64,000 bases of DNA. Origin: Tubulanus polymorphus. Taxonomy: Eukaryota; Animalia; Nemertea. Numbering within the stretch: the stretch's first letter is position 1; every line of letters starts with the position of its first letter. Under the pieces are notes generated by a model, which worked only from the letters and a program-made list of their open reading frames with translations, did not search any database and was not told where the DNA came from. Of this stretch, positions 26,182 to 40,051 are shown one piece after another. Location of the stretch: positions 17,890,150-17,954,149 of the forward strand of contig NC_134026.1 in the NCBI RefSeq assembly GCF_964204645.1, written 5' to 3'. Made by a program: the position numbers and the translations under genes.

Positions 26182-26971
26182 GGCTGGCTTATGTCGACAA
26201 GCAACGCGACGCCTACCGACGCAACTGGGTTTATCGCCGATTAGCGGCAACTAGCGGCCTACGAGAGGCCGCCAGTTGCTCCTCAATCGGTTCGACATAA
26301 GCCGGCTTGTGACGGCAACGCGACGCCTACCGACTTGTCGCAAGCCGTATCCGGCTAGTTGCCCATGTTCTACTTCGGCCTACGGTAGGCGGGCAGTTGC
26401 TTTCGATCGTAGCCGACATAAGCTCATCTGCGACGCGACGGAACTGAGCGCAGGGGCCCAGCCAATGAGAGACCGCATATACATAGTACAAATTATCACC
26501 ACTAGTTAGCGTCATTCGTAATTAGTCATAAACTTTCAAATTCAAGTAGTTCAAAACGTACACCAAACCTTCAGCACGGCAGAGGACTGGACCTGAGATC
26601 TAGAAGCGAAATTGGTAGAATTATGGTGTGAGCGGCCATCTTTATAGATGTCGCTAGCACGTTGTATTCAAAACAGAATTAGAAAGATCAAAGTCTTAAA
26701 GAAATGGCTTTTCTAATAGAAATATATTTCGTAATCATTCAAATTTATTCTCAAAATGCTTATCACGTGACCATTTGAGCCGTTGCAGTTGCTAGTAATC
26801 GCAACCGACATAAGCAGAGAAGCAACTGGGAGGATCTCGTATACCGCTAGTCGGCCTCAGTTGCTGCGAATCGGAGCGCAGTCGACATAAGCTGGGCTGC
26901 GATCGCGGTTGCTCTCAGTTGCGTCGGTAGGAGTCGGTAGGCGTCGCGTTGCTTGTCGACATAAGCCAGCC
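26182..26971. mobile_element. PIF/Harbinger-derived non-autonomous element inserted in the LINE ORF2 end
   Basis: Long perfect TIR ggctggcttatgtcgacaagcaacgcgacgcctaccgac, flanked by ttaa both sides. Internal decayed MADF-like peptide (DWT*DLEAKLVELWCERPSL) at ~26580-26710. Confidence 0.8.
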
Positions 26972-28757
26972 TTAAAGCAATCCACCGACGGCGCACTAAA
27001 AACGGTAGCGAATTCCAGATCTGGATCGTTCGAATGCTAAAAAAGTATTTTCTACAGTTTAATTTTGCTCGTGACAGAAACAATTTAAATGGATGACCGC
27101 GAGTTCTAGTGGACAGTACCCTGGGTAGAAAGTTTGGTGGGGAGGGACATATACCATGTACATATTTGTACGTGTTGATTGCATCACCCCTCATTCTTCT
27201 ATAGACCAGGGTTGGAAGTTTAAGTTGTTTTAGGCGCTGTTCATAGGATAAATTCTGTAATCGGGGAACCATCCTAGTCACTCTCCTTTGGACTGCCTCA
27301 ATAGCGTCAATATCCTTTTGATACTGCAAGGCCCATACTACATTAGCATACTCTAATATCGGTCGAATTAGGGCCTTATACAGAGGTATCAGTGTATCCT
27401 CTTCTAGATAGACGTATGTGTTTTTAATAGCTGATAATGTTCTGTATGCTTTGTTCACTACATTTCGAACTTGTGATTCAAATATCAGTTTATTGTCGAC
27501 GTCTACTCCTAAGTCTCTCTCACACTTGATTTCCTCCAATGGTAAGCGGTTTCCCTCAGCATCGTTCATGTGGTACCTAAAATCCGGTGGGTTTCTACCT
27601 ATTCTCGTTACTTTGCATTTAGCCGTTTGAAATCCCAGTTGCCATTTCTCAGACCATTCTGTCATTCTGTCAGTATTTGCCTGTAAATTCTCACAGTCTT
27701 TGATTTTTTCGATGATGTTATATGCTTTAGTGTCATCTGCAAACATACCCACGCAACAATCTAACACATCTGGCAAATCATTAATATAAATAACAAATAG
27801 TATTGGACCCAAAACCGATCCTTGGGGTATGCCACTAGTGACAGCCGCTGATGATGACGATTGACCATTAATAACCACTTTTTGTTCTCTACCTGACAGA
27901 AAATCATTAACCCATAGACATACCTCGTCCGATAGCCCGTAACTATGCATCTTTTTCAAAAGTCGTTGGTGTGGGACTCGGCCAAACGCCTTTGCAAAAT
28001 CTGTATAAATGACATCTACACTTTTTCCAGAGTCTAGGGCAGTTGTCCAGTTATTTAGTGCTTCCAGCAAGTTCGTCACGCAGTTTTTTCCTTTGACAAA
28101 ACCATGCTGGTGATGACTGATCAAACCATTGATTTCTAAATGCTTCATGATATGATCTCTTATGAAGCTTTCCATTATTTTTGAGCAGATCGATGTAAGA
28201 CTAACTGGTCTGTAGTATACACCCTCGGCTCTATTTCCCTTTCCTTTGTATAATGGGGTCACGTTGGCTTCTTTCCAGTCGTTTGGTACTATACTATTAC
28301 TCAAACTCTTGCGAAATATGAGTGTTAAGGGTTCCGCTATAGCCGAAGCCACTTCCTTTAGCAGTCTTGGATGCAGGCCATCTGGTCCCATACTCTTGAA
28401 CACGTTTAAGCTTGATAGTTTTTTTTCCACTGCCTTGCTTGTAATATGAATGTGCTGAAAAGGCACCAGAATCTGTCTATTTTGCGGTCCAGGGATGATT
28501 GTCAGGTTTTCTGATGTAAACGCTTTAACAAACTGATTATTTAGCAAATCTGCTTTCTCTATTTCATTACTGACCTTAACTGATGTGCCTGGGATAAGGA
28601 GATCAGGTATAGATGACTTAGCTTTTGTTTTGGACTTGGCGTAAGCCCAAAAATCCTTCGGGTTAGTCTTAACTGATGTAGTCAATCCTTTTTCGAAGTT
28701 TCTAACTGCAACCCTGATTTCATTCCTAACCTCTGTTCTGGTTGCCTTGTACTCCAT
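26847..28757 (-). pseudogene. CR1 ORF2 reverse transcriptase portion (C-terminal tail is read-through into the inserted element)
   Basis: GPDGLHP, YRPVSLTS, QHGF, DFAKAF, GIPQGSVLGP, FADD, ERDLGV, TRGH, WNSLP motifs typical of CR1/L2 RT. Confidence 0.9.
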
Positions 28758-28841
28758 ATAATTCGCTCGCGACCTATCGGCCTTGTATTTCTTAAACAGA
28801 CGATGTTTTGTCTTTACCTTGTGAATAATAGTTCTGGATAG

Positions 28842-29775
28842 TCACTTCGGTTTACTTTTATTATTTTGATTCGATCGTTTCGGGATATACTTTTCGCTAC
28901 ATCCATGAAGGCAATCCTTGAAAAATATCCAATTCCCGGCAATATCTAATTTTTGTATCTCATCTGTCATTTTGGCTTCTACAGGTTTTTCATTTATTGA
29001 GCTGTAGTCTGCAGAATCGTACATAAGCCTCACAGTATTAGCGCCTCTAGATGAGTTAGAAGAAAGTGGAGCATTTATTTCGAACAGAAGAACATTGTGG
29101 TCGCTAAGACCGATAGCTGGCAAATGGTCTATCTCCCCGATAATATTTTCGTCACTTACCAAAACTAGGTCTATGAGATTCTCTCTGTCCATACCTATAT
29201 CTTGTCGGTTCCTGTACCATCTGCTCTAGCAGATTATCCCTCATCACATCGGGGAACCTTGCTTCAATATGTGGGTGTTTATGAGTGGTTGATGTATTTG
29301 ACCAATCTATACCAGGGAAGTTGAAGTCACCCATTATAATCGTTCTCTTTCCTGATTTCATATTGCTATTTATAATCTCAAGTAGTTTCGCATCATTTTG
29401 CTCAGTACTATTAGGGCTTCTATATATACAGCCTAAACGCAGCACACCGTTTTCTGTCCTTCGATCAAACCATAGGGACTCCTGAAAATTCTGATCTACA
29501 ATACTGACAGGAATAACCGGAAATTCCTCCTTTATATACACACAAATACCCCTGCCTTCACAATCAATGTTGCTGTAAGGTATGTTATATCCATCTACCT
29601 TCAGATTTTCTGCTTGTAAGCTATATATTGAGTGTTTTGGTTTCACCTCGGTTACACAAATAATATCAGGGGCATGACGTATTGTGACAACTTTTAACTC
29701 GTTCAGTTTATTCTTTAATGAGTCCGCATTCGTATAAAGTATTTTACAATATTTTGGCCCGTTATCTACGGGCAT
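28842..29775 (-). pseudogene. CR1 ORF2 APE endonuclease and linker, split by frameshift (29152-29775 and 28842-29192)
   Basis: YTNADSL, DIICVTE, IYRSP, GDFN, IDLV, SDH endonuclease motifs spread over two frames. Confidence 0.88.
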
Positions 29776-30960
29776 CAGATCGAAAGGGCTGCCCTGCGTT
29801 GTAGTTCTTGTCTTAGCATCTTATATTGTTCTCTGTCTTTCTTCGATATATCAGCTGTAATATGTAATTGTTCTAGTATCGTTTTATCTGTCTCATTTAC
29901 ACTTCTCCTTAATTCGCTATTTTTGCTTAACACTTTTACTGGATCTTCCTTCGACCAGAACAAAACTTTAATAGGTCTTGTCTTTTGTTGTTGGCGAAGA
30001 ACGTAATCGGAATATTTGTCGAATTTTCAAAGTATTTTGGTAAACTGGTTCGACATTTATATCTGGATATGGATTTTTGTCCTGTATTCTAAAACGCAGT
30101 AACTTGAACAGACGTCTAACTTCGTTACTATCATCAACTAATCTATCCTTAAACTCATCCTTCAATGATTCCTCAATCTGATGTATCACCAAATTGAATT
30201 CTCTTTTCTCATTTTCAAGTTTGTCTTTAACATCCTTCAGTTTGCTGTCGATATTCGAGTCCAAATCTTTCATCTTCTGGTCAACTCTTTTGTTGAATTC
30301 TGTAAGTTCCTTGTTCACTACTTCGGTTACTGCTGCATCCACCTCAATTTTGATTGTCTTTTTGACGTCATCTATTTTTTCATTTAAAGCATCAAAGCGT
30401 CTGTGATTATCTAATACTAATCTATTTAATGTGTCAGCAATAGTTTGTATTGTCGCCTCTTGTCTGAGATAAGTCAGTTGAGCTCTAGGCCTACTCCTCT
30501 CAGTCATCTCCTTTGGACGTGCCCCGTTCTCTGTGGTCCTCCCTTTTTTGGATACCTGTTTATCTACCTGACTTACATCAGTAGTTGCTTCTTCAGGATC
30601 TGTAGGCAATCTGGCTCGTTTGGACGTAGTACTATTAACTGGATGGGAATCTGTTCTAATCGCTCCTTGTCCGTCTTTATCGTGATCATCAACCATAGAA
30701 TGCCTCATGTCGTGAAGATTTATTTTACTTTGGGCGACTGCCAAACTCAATATATCATGATTTTCCCCTGTGGCTGTATCATAACTAATCTCTGGTCCCA
30801 CCTCACTTATAGGTCCTCCTCTCGACATAGTAACCAATGGGGATGGGGTTTGTATTATAGCAGGTCTCATCGTATATTGAGATGGATTTACCCTGTCTGG
30901 CATTGCAATAAGATCGAGGGAGGGTACTGTCCCATTTGGATATTCCCGTTGTTGGTCCAT
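29775..30960 (-). pseudogene. CR1 ORF1 (coiled-coil plus L1-type RNA-binding C-terminus), split into 330-aa and 62-aa pieces
   Basis: Coiled-coil followed by NLVIHQIEE and a terminal HITADISKKDRE motif typical of CR1/L2 ORF1. Lies directly upstream of ORF2. Confidence 0.75.
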
Positions 30961-32580
30961 AATATTATAGTTCTTCTATATTCTCTATACCGTGTATATG
31001 CTAAAGATTTAATCTAGCTAATATATGCAAATGAAGACATAGTAGAGTCAAAAGTTATTTACCAATTCCAATCAAGATGGTCTCACGCCTTCATTTAAAG
31101 CTTGTGAGGGCAGTTTGACTTTCCGGGGTACCTTCCCAATATGCGCGCCACACACGTAATTAAAAAGTTACCAAATTCTTTCAAAATCATTTTCCCGGCC
31201 ACTGGCATGGTTCCATCCCCGGCCCGATCATCGTTGTAAAGATGCGCTTCTGATAGACTGCATATGGTATAATATGGACTTGAAAGGTTCCATTATTTTC
31301 ACAGCGATGTGGTCACTGCATTGATCCAGTTTATCATTGAGTTTGTGATTGTATAAAGTTATAAAAACGTCTCAATAAATTATTTTGTCAAAATTAATGA
31401 TTTTTGTGATATATATTTTGGTGCGTTGGGTGCCCTAAACTAAAGTTACGGTGACTCCATCCAGGATAGATAGCCACAATAAAATTTTGCTATCAATTAT
31501 CATATTGCTTCCAGAAAAATTTCAATCTAAAGCCAATTGGTTAAATATGTAATAGGCCTAAGCTTATGTGGTGTTGTTTTTGCAAATCTCCAATGTTTGA
31601 AAAATGTCTCAATATTGCCCACACGACCCGGCTTGGATAGAAACGATGGTGAGAATTACGCCCTTTTCATGTTTTCTTCGGGCACTTGTACACGACGAGG
31701 CAGATAATAATAAAACAAAATGGCACATTTCAGTCGGCCATCGCTACCCTGCCAACATGGGTCCCTGGATCCGCACCAAATGCCCACTGCCTAAAATAAG
31801 CTTTATATAAATGAGAAAAGTAAGTTCAGTTGAGGTCAGTTCAAAATATGTTGCGGATTAACCCATATGGGTCTTAAGTACAATTTTGTAACGCAAAAAT
31901 ATCTTGAGAGTGCGCATAGATTTAAATGTTTTGTCCTACATTTCGGAGCCGCCTAATTATATAAGTTGGATTCATACTCGTAATTAAGACCAATTTGAGG
32001 TGCGTGTTCAGAAAACTTAGAGAAATACCAGTAACACAAAAGATCGACCCTAGCTAAAAATTGATAGACTTAGTTCTAAGAACATTGTGAAAAAAATGTT
32101 CTTAATTGTCGAGGTGGGATTCGAACCCAAACAGTGACGTCACCTGGTGTGAATAATGGCTCCTTTTCGATGCTGCGCGTGCGGTTCAGTGGTTGAGAAT
32201 AAAGGAAGAGGTGCTGGTTTTGTGGCGGATGGTCGAGTAGTGACGCGAGATGACGCAGGCAATGGCGTGGATAAGAGGGTCTCGACTACTACGCTACGGT
32301 ACGGTAGGCATAAGCAGCTAGGGCCCTGGGACCGCATTCACGAAGCAAGTTACGTGTCACGTCAGATTTACGGGTGAACTTACGCCTTACGACGGGCGAA
32401 CTTGCGGGTTGTCTACGTGGTGGTATTCACGAAACTACCCGTAAGCAGTGAGTTCGCACGTAAATTCACCCGTCGTAAGTTCACCCGTAAGTTCACCCGT
32501 AAATCTTACGGCACTTAATAAAGGGCAAATGCCATCAAAATTGTACTCTCCGCGATTTCTTAACCAGAGCAGAAGAAACT

Positions 32581-35500
32581 GGGTCCTGCTAAAGTATGAA
32601 ACTACGAAATTACAAAACTACGAAATTACGAAATGGAAATTTTTTTGCCAGGAGTGCTAAAATACGAACCGAAATACGAAACGAAATGGTCACATTTCAA
32701 ACACACGCCCATACCAGGGGCGGATCCAGGGGGATGAGTAGACATTATTGGAAGGAAATTTAAGGGCACCCTTCTGATCTTAGGGCACACCCAGTAGCCA
32801 GGTCAATGCGAGCGCCGAAAACTTTGAAAATATGGTACCATTTAAAGGCTTTTAGAGGGCTTCTAGAGGCTAGCAGAGCAATCCAGAATAAACGAATCCG
32901 AGAAGATTTCAACAGATGCGGATAAAAAATGAAGCTGGCGAACCCATGAAAGAATGGTTGTCGCCAACTTCAAGATCAACAATGAATTTCACAGAAGACA
33001 CCCAAGAAAAACACTGGCATTGTTTTTTATATTTTCCTTAGTGCCCCTATAATCTTTAAAAGTGCCCCTTAACAATTATACAGAATACGGCTAAGTTGCC
33101 CCTTCATTGTTAACAATCGGCAAAAATTGCCTCGTCTTCACATTTATCCGTATGTCGTGTGCCGTATTCCAAAGCAAAAGTGCCCTTAAAATTTTAAGAA
33201 TTAGGCAAAAAAATGCCTTTTTCATCAGCATTCACCGCGAATTAAAGCCTGACCCTTGAAAAGGCAAAGTGCCCTTTTCTTCAACATTTTCCGCGTATAG
33301 TGCCCTCTTCTAAAGTACGAGTGCCCCCTTTAGTCCTCCCTGAAAATGCAAGGACAAGGTGCCCTCATCAAAAGCATGAGTGCCCCTTAAAAAAGGAAAG
33401 TGCCCTTCTTAATTTATCATGATTAAAGGCCTAATATCAAATATGATTATCTCTCCTCACTTTCTCGGAAGCAGTATTTACTGATTAATTTTATAATTAT
33501 GCCCGGATTCCGGACACGGAATTAGCGGTTGCTGAAATAATGCCGTCAAAAATATTGCCGGTGAAATTTCGAAGGGCACTTAAAACTTCTAGACCGTATT
33601 GGGCAATACGGCTAATACGGTCTGGATCCGCCCCTGCATACTATGGTCAAAGCTCGTTATAACGCTACGGGACTGTAAAAATCTCGGCGGTGCATGTAAA
33701 TGATCTTTTGATACCATATTAGTACCATATTCAAGAATTTATTTTCTTAAACTGGAAGGTTTTAAGAACGTCTACAATTAGTAGAAACTTGTAGGATGTT
33801 CTCAAAAACAAATAATGAATACGCTGCGCCATTTCCACGAACTCAGACGCGGTAAAGCATAGTGAAACGATAGGCCCTACACATGGACTACATGACTATC
33901 TTTTTACCGCTTAACAGCGTAGTGACGAGCAATTTGAAAAAAATTCCGGCCGTGATTTTTCTTTTCAAATCCGCATCCCTTGCAAAATCCAGACAGGGTA
34001 AAGGTCTTAGTTTATTTCGTTTTGATAATGGAAAATAAATGATACAGTGCGATACTGCTGACCACATGTATCAATTATTAACATAACAGACGGGGGAAAC
34101 ATCATTGGCGTTTTATAACGAAAGTTTTTTCTAAGAGTTAGAATAGGACTGTATGATTTCATTGGCGTTATGGCGGAGGGTCGAGAGCTATTCCTTAGAT
34201 ACACAATTCAGGCTTCACAAAATGAACTGTGCACTAGGATCAAATTGATCCATAAGTGAATTTACATTTACTATGACGAACTTTGACTATTTCTCTGAAC
34301 CATTACTACCGTACTTACGTATTCCAAAAATATGACAGATATAATGACTTTTTCCTCCTTCGATTAAGAAGTATACTAGAAAAGTTTGATGTTTGTTCAA
34401 TAAAAAAAGATTGAATTGAAAACTTATGCAATATGCAATATTTTGAATGAAATCAGAAGATTTGGAATTTATAATTGATACGACTTACGTGAAAATTTCA
34501 CCCAGCACTGGCAGTGGTTGTCTCCACCAGTGATCTACGATCCTAGTGTAACCAACCACCCAGACGCGTGCATTCAAATTCGCTGTACAGTTGCCGACCA
34601 GAATTTGGTCGGCTTTTTTGAACGTGTTCAAACTGCGATATCTCAGCAAATAAACAACCGATTTTGATGAATAAACTATGTACACTAACCTTATGATGTC
34701 TTACGTTTGTTCATTATATAATTTTGACGATAAATCTGATTCTAGTACGATTAAATTCAAGATACAAAAATGATGCGCTGTTTAGCGATGAGACACGCAT
34801 TGCTCAAGTTGTCTTGTTGCTAACGAACTACAGTGTTACAATGCCTAGTTTCAAAGTGAAAAAATGGTGTCATTTTTGCTTTTTCTGTATTTATATCGCA
34901 TCAAGCACGGACTATGATGAAGGAACCTCCGAATGAATATAATAATAAGAAAACTGAATGTTTGAGGTTTGTAAAGAGAGTTAATTTTTCACAATCGGTT
35001 TGATGAAACTGGATTTCTAGTGGTTTAAAGTCACAGTGATTTAAGAGTATTGAGAAAATGTTGTTCGTGTCTTAGTGTCCGTGGTACATCACAGACACTA
35101 AGGTTCTTGGTGAAGTGAAAATAAAACTTATAAAGTACGAGTTATAAGCATTATTTTATAAGGTTTAAAGAAGAAAAAAATCGGGACCAAAATAATTATA
35201 CGAGAGATGTGATGATACGACTAATTCGATGACGACTTATGCGGGGTTGACTGTAGCAGAAAGGAAAGGCAAGCGCTTCACGCGACACCGAGCTTGTAAC
35301 CATGATAGGATTATCCCGTTCTTGGACACGGGCTGACATATCTGAACCTGTCTAGTAGCGATCATTTAGCTCAGAAAAAATTAATGTACAGGGTAGATTA
35401 GCGGCCGGTCAGCAGAGGAGAAACAAGGTATCAATTTTTTAGCCTAAACACTGCAGGATATATTTTAAGGCACACTTCGTTCTCTAACCCGTAATTTATT

Positions 35501-35853
35501 AATCGCTACCTTCCAGTTGTATATGAGCATGTGCAGATCATTCTCCCTGATGGCATCGCTAAACTTAGTCGCGGCGCGGAACCCTGCCACACTAGACCGG
35601 GTGCGCATGTTTAAGCCAGCTCCACGAATCCGCTGCTATAGCGCAAAAAATTACAAAATTTTCGTTTCATATTACATTTTATACTTTAGCAGGACCCGCG
35701 AAAAAATGACCATTTCGTTTCGTAGTTTAGCATTTCGTATAGTATTTCGTTTCGTACTTTAGCATTTCTTAATTTCCTTTTGCATTTCGTTCCATATTTC
35801 GTAATTTCGTTGCATATTTCTTAATTTCGTAGTTTCGTACTTTAGAAGTACCC
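32581..35853. mobile_element. MULE/Mutator-like non-autonomous element
   Basis: Long imperfect TIR gggtcctgctaaagtatgaaactacgaaatt / aatttcgtagtttcgtactttagaagtaccc. Exact 9-bp TSD gaagaaact (32572-32580, 35854-35862). Confidence 0.85.
32715..33636. mobile_element. hAT5-like MITE nested in the MULE
   Basis: TIR caggggcggatccag / ctggatccgcccctg. Exact 5-bp TSD catac. Internal gtgccc repeats. A related left end occurs at ~48817. Confidence 0.85.
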
Positions 35854-35880
35854 GAAGAAACTTTAGTTTAGTATCAACAG

Positions 35881-35989
35881 GGGTCCGGTTCCACAGTTGT
35901 GAGTTAAAGTTAACTCAGAGTTAAAATCAGTTCATTTACAATGTTTTAACTCTAGAATCAAATTTAACTCAGAACGGTGGAACTGGACC
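35881..35989. mobile_element. ~110-bp palindromic MITE
   Basis: gggtccggttccac...gtggaactggaccc, with internal inverted gagttaaa/tttaactc. Confidence 0.65.
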
Positions 35990-36712
35990 CTGAGATGTGC
36001 CTGAAAAAAGGAGCACAAATTAGCCGTAATAGTTAGCGGAATAGTCATCTATTTATCCTTTTCACTGCGTGCGTATAGTTCATATTGTAGCGGAACGGGG
36101 ATAAATAAATAACCCCGGCAAAATATTCTTCCTCTGAAGTCCGGTTCCATGTCATTGGTAGCGTTCAATAAAACCGAATTTAAATTGGCGTCCGCCACTG
36201 GGTCCGTCCCGGGTCCATCCAGTGCCGGAAGGGAACTGGATAAGGGGATGTGTGGTTTAACATCCACCCCGAGATAAGTAAATAAAAAGAAAGAAAATAA
36301 CCACTAGAGAATATCCGTCATTATGATTCGACCATCAAGGACCGTCATAAAGGGTAAGTAAATAAAGTGAGGCCTATCGCCGCTGGCAAACACCTCCTCC
36401 ACTGTTGTCGCTCCCACTTTCCGTGACTCGAGTCACCTGGCCAAAGTAACCACCCCCAACCCACTCAGGATAGACGTCAGGGGATTTCTCACATCATCGC
36501 TCTATCGCGTCCTCAGAGCGGCACAAAATTCCGTCTACCCCCCTGGGCCGAGTCACACAACATTCCAAGTGCCCACCGCACAATCTCGTCCCCCGCACAG
36601 TCTCATGGGATCAGCGAACAACTAGTCTGGACCTCAACCAAATATCTTTGTGCAACGTTGACGACAAACGTCTCTCAAATCTACATACAACTGCGTCATC
36701 TAGTTCGAATCC

Positions 36713-37536
36713 TGTCATTGGGGCTTGCGTGGTGATGCAGATAAGAAAGAGGAATCCAGGATCTCGATACTACGTAAACAAACTCGTATAGAATATAGTA
36801 CGAAAAAGTGCGTGTCTTTATTTACTCGATGGACATCCCGACAACACTAGCAACCGTTATCGATATAAATAGGCATACTTGTAATATACACTTGGAAATA
36901 AACCTTCGCATACTGATTACTAATACGATTCGTTGACTAAAAATGATATAAAAGAAACGTAAGGCGTTCTCGAGCTCATCCTCAGGCTTCAGATCCGAAA
37001 GCTAGGAAACTGGCTTGGAGCTTAAAGCTTAAACTGCGGTCCGATGATAAGTTGGTAAGCTTGACTGGTAAGCTGGTTGATAAGCTTGCACAGAGTCGAT
37101 GTTGAAGCTGAAAAACTGGGTCAAAATTCGCAGGCACAAGCTTCAGCGAGCTTGTCCTGGAGCTACGGCTAAAATCTTGAATAATTTGGGCATCCCGCAT
37201 CGGCTTGAGGATGAGCTTGAGCAACGAAATCAACTTCCGGGACCCGGAGGTACGGAGGAGCTCAGAGAGTAACACACGTACCAATAGTGAGCGGAGAACT
37301 GTCGAATCTCCGGCCGCGAGCCGTATTTATAGGCGATGCAGTGACGTCACAACCAGCTTGGGATGCTGATTGGACCACTGAGGCAGAGCGCCGCGCGGCT
37401 AGAGACACGATCACATACAACGATTTAAGAATAATAGAAACAAGTACAATACTAATACACATATATTGAACAAAACACTATACGATTCACCGATTTGTAA
37501 AATTGTCTGTAAACCTATTCCAACTTTATCTTGACA
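36713..37536 (-). mobile_element. Possible LTR of a retroelement
   Basis: tgtca...tgaca ends. On the minus strand a TATA-like ctataaata (~37322-37332) precedes aataaa (~36817-36823). No TSD and no clear PBS. Confidence 0.3.
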
Positions 37537-39149
37537 GTGATAACACAAAAAAAAACAAATAATATCTTTACATACACCATTACCATCCGGACGGGACTCG
37601 AGTCGTGCTGACTCGTACAGCGGAGCACAGCTCGAGCTAAAAACAATATATACAAACAGCCGGTATAAAAATAGATCGGATACAAAAAATATTATAGCCT
37701 GAGTTATAGCTAAATCCATTTGTCAAAATAATCTAAAATCTATAAGATATAATGATTGTCATGCAATGCTACGGATTAATACTGAATATCGAACACGAGG
37801 GAAGGTATAGGGAGAAAACCACCAGGAGCGCTGACCCAGATTGGTGGACCTGACACGACCGCAGTCACTTCCCAGCAATTTTCGCCACAATACCCCCTCC
37901 CAGCCTCAAACGTATCGAGGCGAATACGAATCAAATACGGAAAATTTTTCATGAAGTCGAAGGTGGTTGTTCTTGTTTCTCGAGTTCCCGGCAAATCTCA
38001 CACAGGCAGCACTATAAATCTTCGACCTCGGTACCGTACATCACATGGCGATGAATCTTTATCCCGGCCGACGTCCCGACCGGTTTAAATGGCAAACCTG
38101 CCAGGCGACGGCAGTCCGCGTAGAACTGACACTGTGGGTTTTCGTTCCGCGGATGTGTAATTTCTATCGTCGACAGAAATCTGGAATGCACGTGCTTTTT
38201 AGTTGCGCAAGGCACACTCCGTTGCTGCTTCTTGTTCAATTCCTGGTCGAGGAATGTCCCAAAATTTGAAAAATAATTATATTTGATCGAGGCGTGTATA
38301 TATTTGTTGAAATAATGTAAGGTCAGTTGGAGATTGGTCATCGGTCAGGTGATATCTCCGGATTTGTAATATCGTAATTAAAAGTGATTATTTATACTGA
38401 TATCTGAAACTGATATCTATGAAATTTGTGAATACATCACATTTGAAAATGAATTTTACATAATATTCTATTTTGATGGCATATGCTCTTTAAATAACAA
38501 AGCGCATATTATTCTTTGAACCATCATTGGCGAAGGCCCGTCCAGACGCCGGCCTTAGGAAAATTTGCGGATCAAAAGATCCACTCATTGGTAACATTCA
38601 TTCGTTTTCGTTCAAAATATACACATACTTTTTAACTTACTTCATTTAAGGCCAATATAATAGGAGAAAGAAACAAAACTTTCATCCCAAATGCTATAGT
38701 TGTGAAATTGCTTTTTTGTGCATCTAAAGGCTAAAAATGATTCCTTGTTTCTCCATCTACCTATCACCTATCTATCCAGTACATAAAATCACGATCAGGC
38801 TAACTACTGACCTGGCAGCTATAGAAATGGACTGATTACAAATTGGACCCGGCCGCCAGTGCGGAAAAACAAGGTATCAGTTTTTTGCCTAATTTTCAAA
38901 AATTTTCTGCGCGCGCAGCCTGAAATTTGCGAGGGTACATCACAACACATTTCACTTTCAAGAAGCAAGTTTTACTTTCAGAAAAATCGATTCAATGTTA
39001 ACTAGAGTTGTTTTTTTAAGCAAAATAGCCTATTTTTTGTTTGGAAGATGTATTACTAAGACGTGAATGAATTCATATGTTATCGCTGATTGAAATGTCC
39101 GTTAACGTATCGCTGACTCATTTCTTATCCATCACGGAGACCGTCATCG

Positions 39150-39923
39150 GCCCTGGCGTAATGTTCCTCCTCATCTGGTCGCTCTTCAAATTCATTTCCT
39201 GGTAATGGAAGGCCGTGTAATTGACAAAAGTTGTGAAGTAGCATAGTAACCGCAATCACCGAACTGCATTTTTGATGGCTAAGCATAATAGCAACACATA
39301 AAAATGAGAATTATTAATAAATGAGATCATGAATTCCATTTCAAGCAATGTAATTCATCCCTGGATTTAGATTTAGAATTGAATGCGGTATCTGTTTGTT
39401 AATATCATATACCATCGATTGATACTTGTAATTTGTTGTTTTTACACAGCACAGCATGTTGCACACTTGACATTTAGCGAACTTACCACAATTGTGGCAC
39501 ACCAACCATCGCATCTTCCATCGGCCAAATGTGCATTCAATTTTGCACCTTGTTTTCTTGTGGCTGACGATGTATTTCTGCTCCCCTTCTGTCCTCGGTT
39601 GATCAAACAGTGTCATCGAGTATTTCCGCAGAGGATTTCCACTATCTCCAAGTAAGACACAGTTTTCTGAATGTACCATAATGTCTCTGAGACCGCAATT
39701 GCTCCATATGTGAGCATCATAAGTTGAACCCGGCCAACGCACCACAATATCGAGAAATTTCATTGACGCATCACAAACTCCTTGAATGTTGATGGCGTGA
39801 AAATTCTTCGGCACACGTAGATGTTCTCGTTTACAACGGGCCGTTTAATTCTAACAAATGCGAAAAATGCGCTCTCTCCAAAAATTTCGACGTAACTCGT
39901 TCACGTAGCAAAATTGCAGCCAT
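39150..39923 (-). pseudogene. Harbinger (HARBI1-like) DDE transposase remnant
   Basis: FHAINIQGVCDA...RWPGSTYDA...LLGDSG...HKKTRCKIECTFGRWKMRW. A further exon reads as VIAVTMLHNFC at ~39225-39260. N-terminal part deleted. Confidence 0.85.
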
Positions 39924-40051
39924 TTTTGAAAGTGCGCGTTTGATCGAAGCAACACTGACAAAGGTTTCCACAACAATGCGATTACAATAGTGACGTCGGA
40001 TACCATAGATGATTATCGTGCACTTGACATAGGTTTTCGAAACTTGATAGT

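Larger units (their letters stand above)
25888..31000 (-). mobile_element. Near full-length CR1-clade LINE, frameshifted and interrupted near its 3' end
   Basis: ORF1, APE endonuclease and RT in order on the minus strand. 3' (gatac)n microsatellite tail at ~25888-25906. The 5' boundary is approximate. Confidence 0.9.

Noticed and set aside
30181-31017. + strand ORFs of up to 190 aa over the LINE
   Set aside because: Antisense shadows of CR1 ORF1.
32100-32135. tRNA gene at gtgggattcgaaccc
   Set aside because: Only a box-B-like fragment with no cloverleaf. More likely a SINE remnant, as at ~23582.
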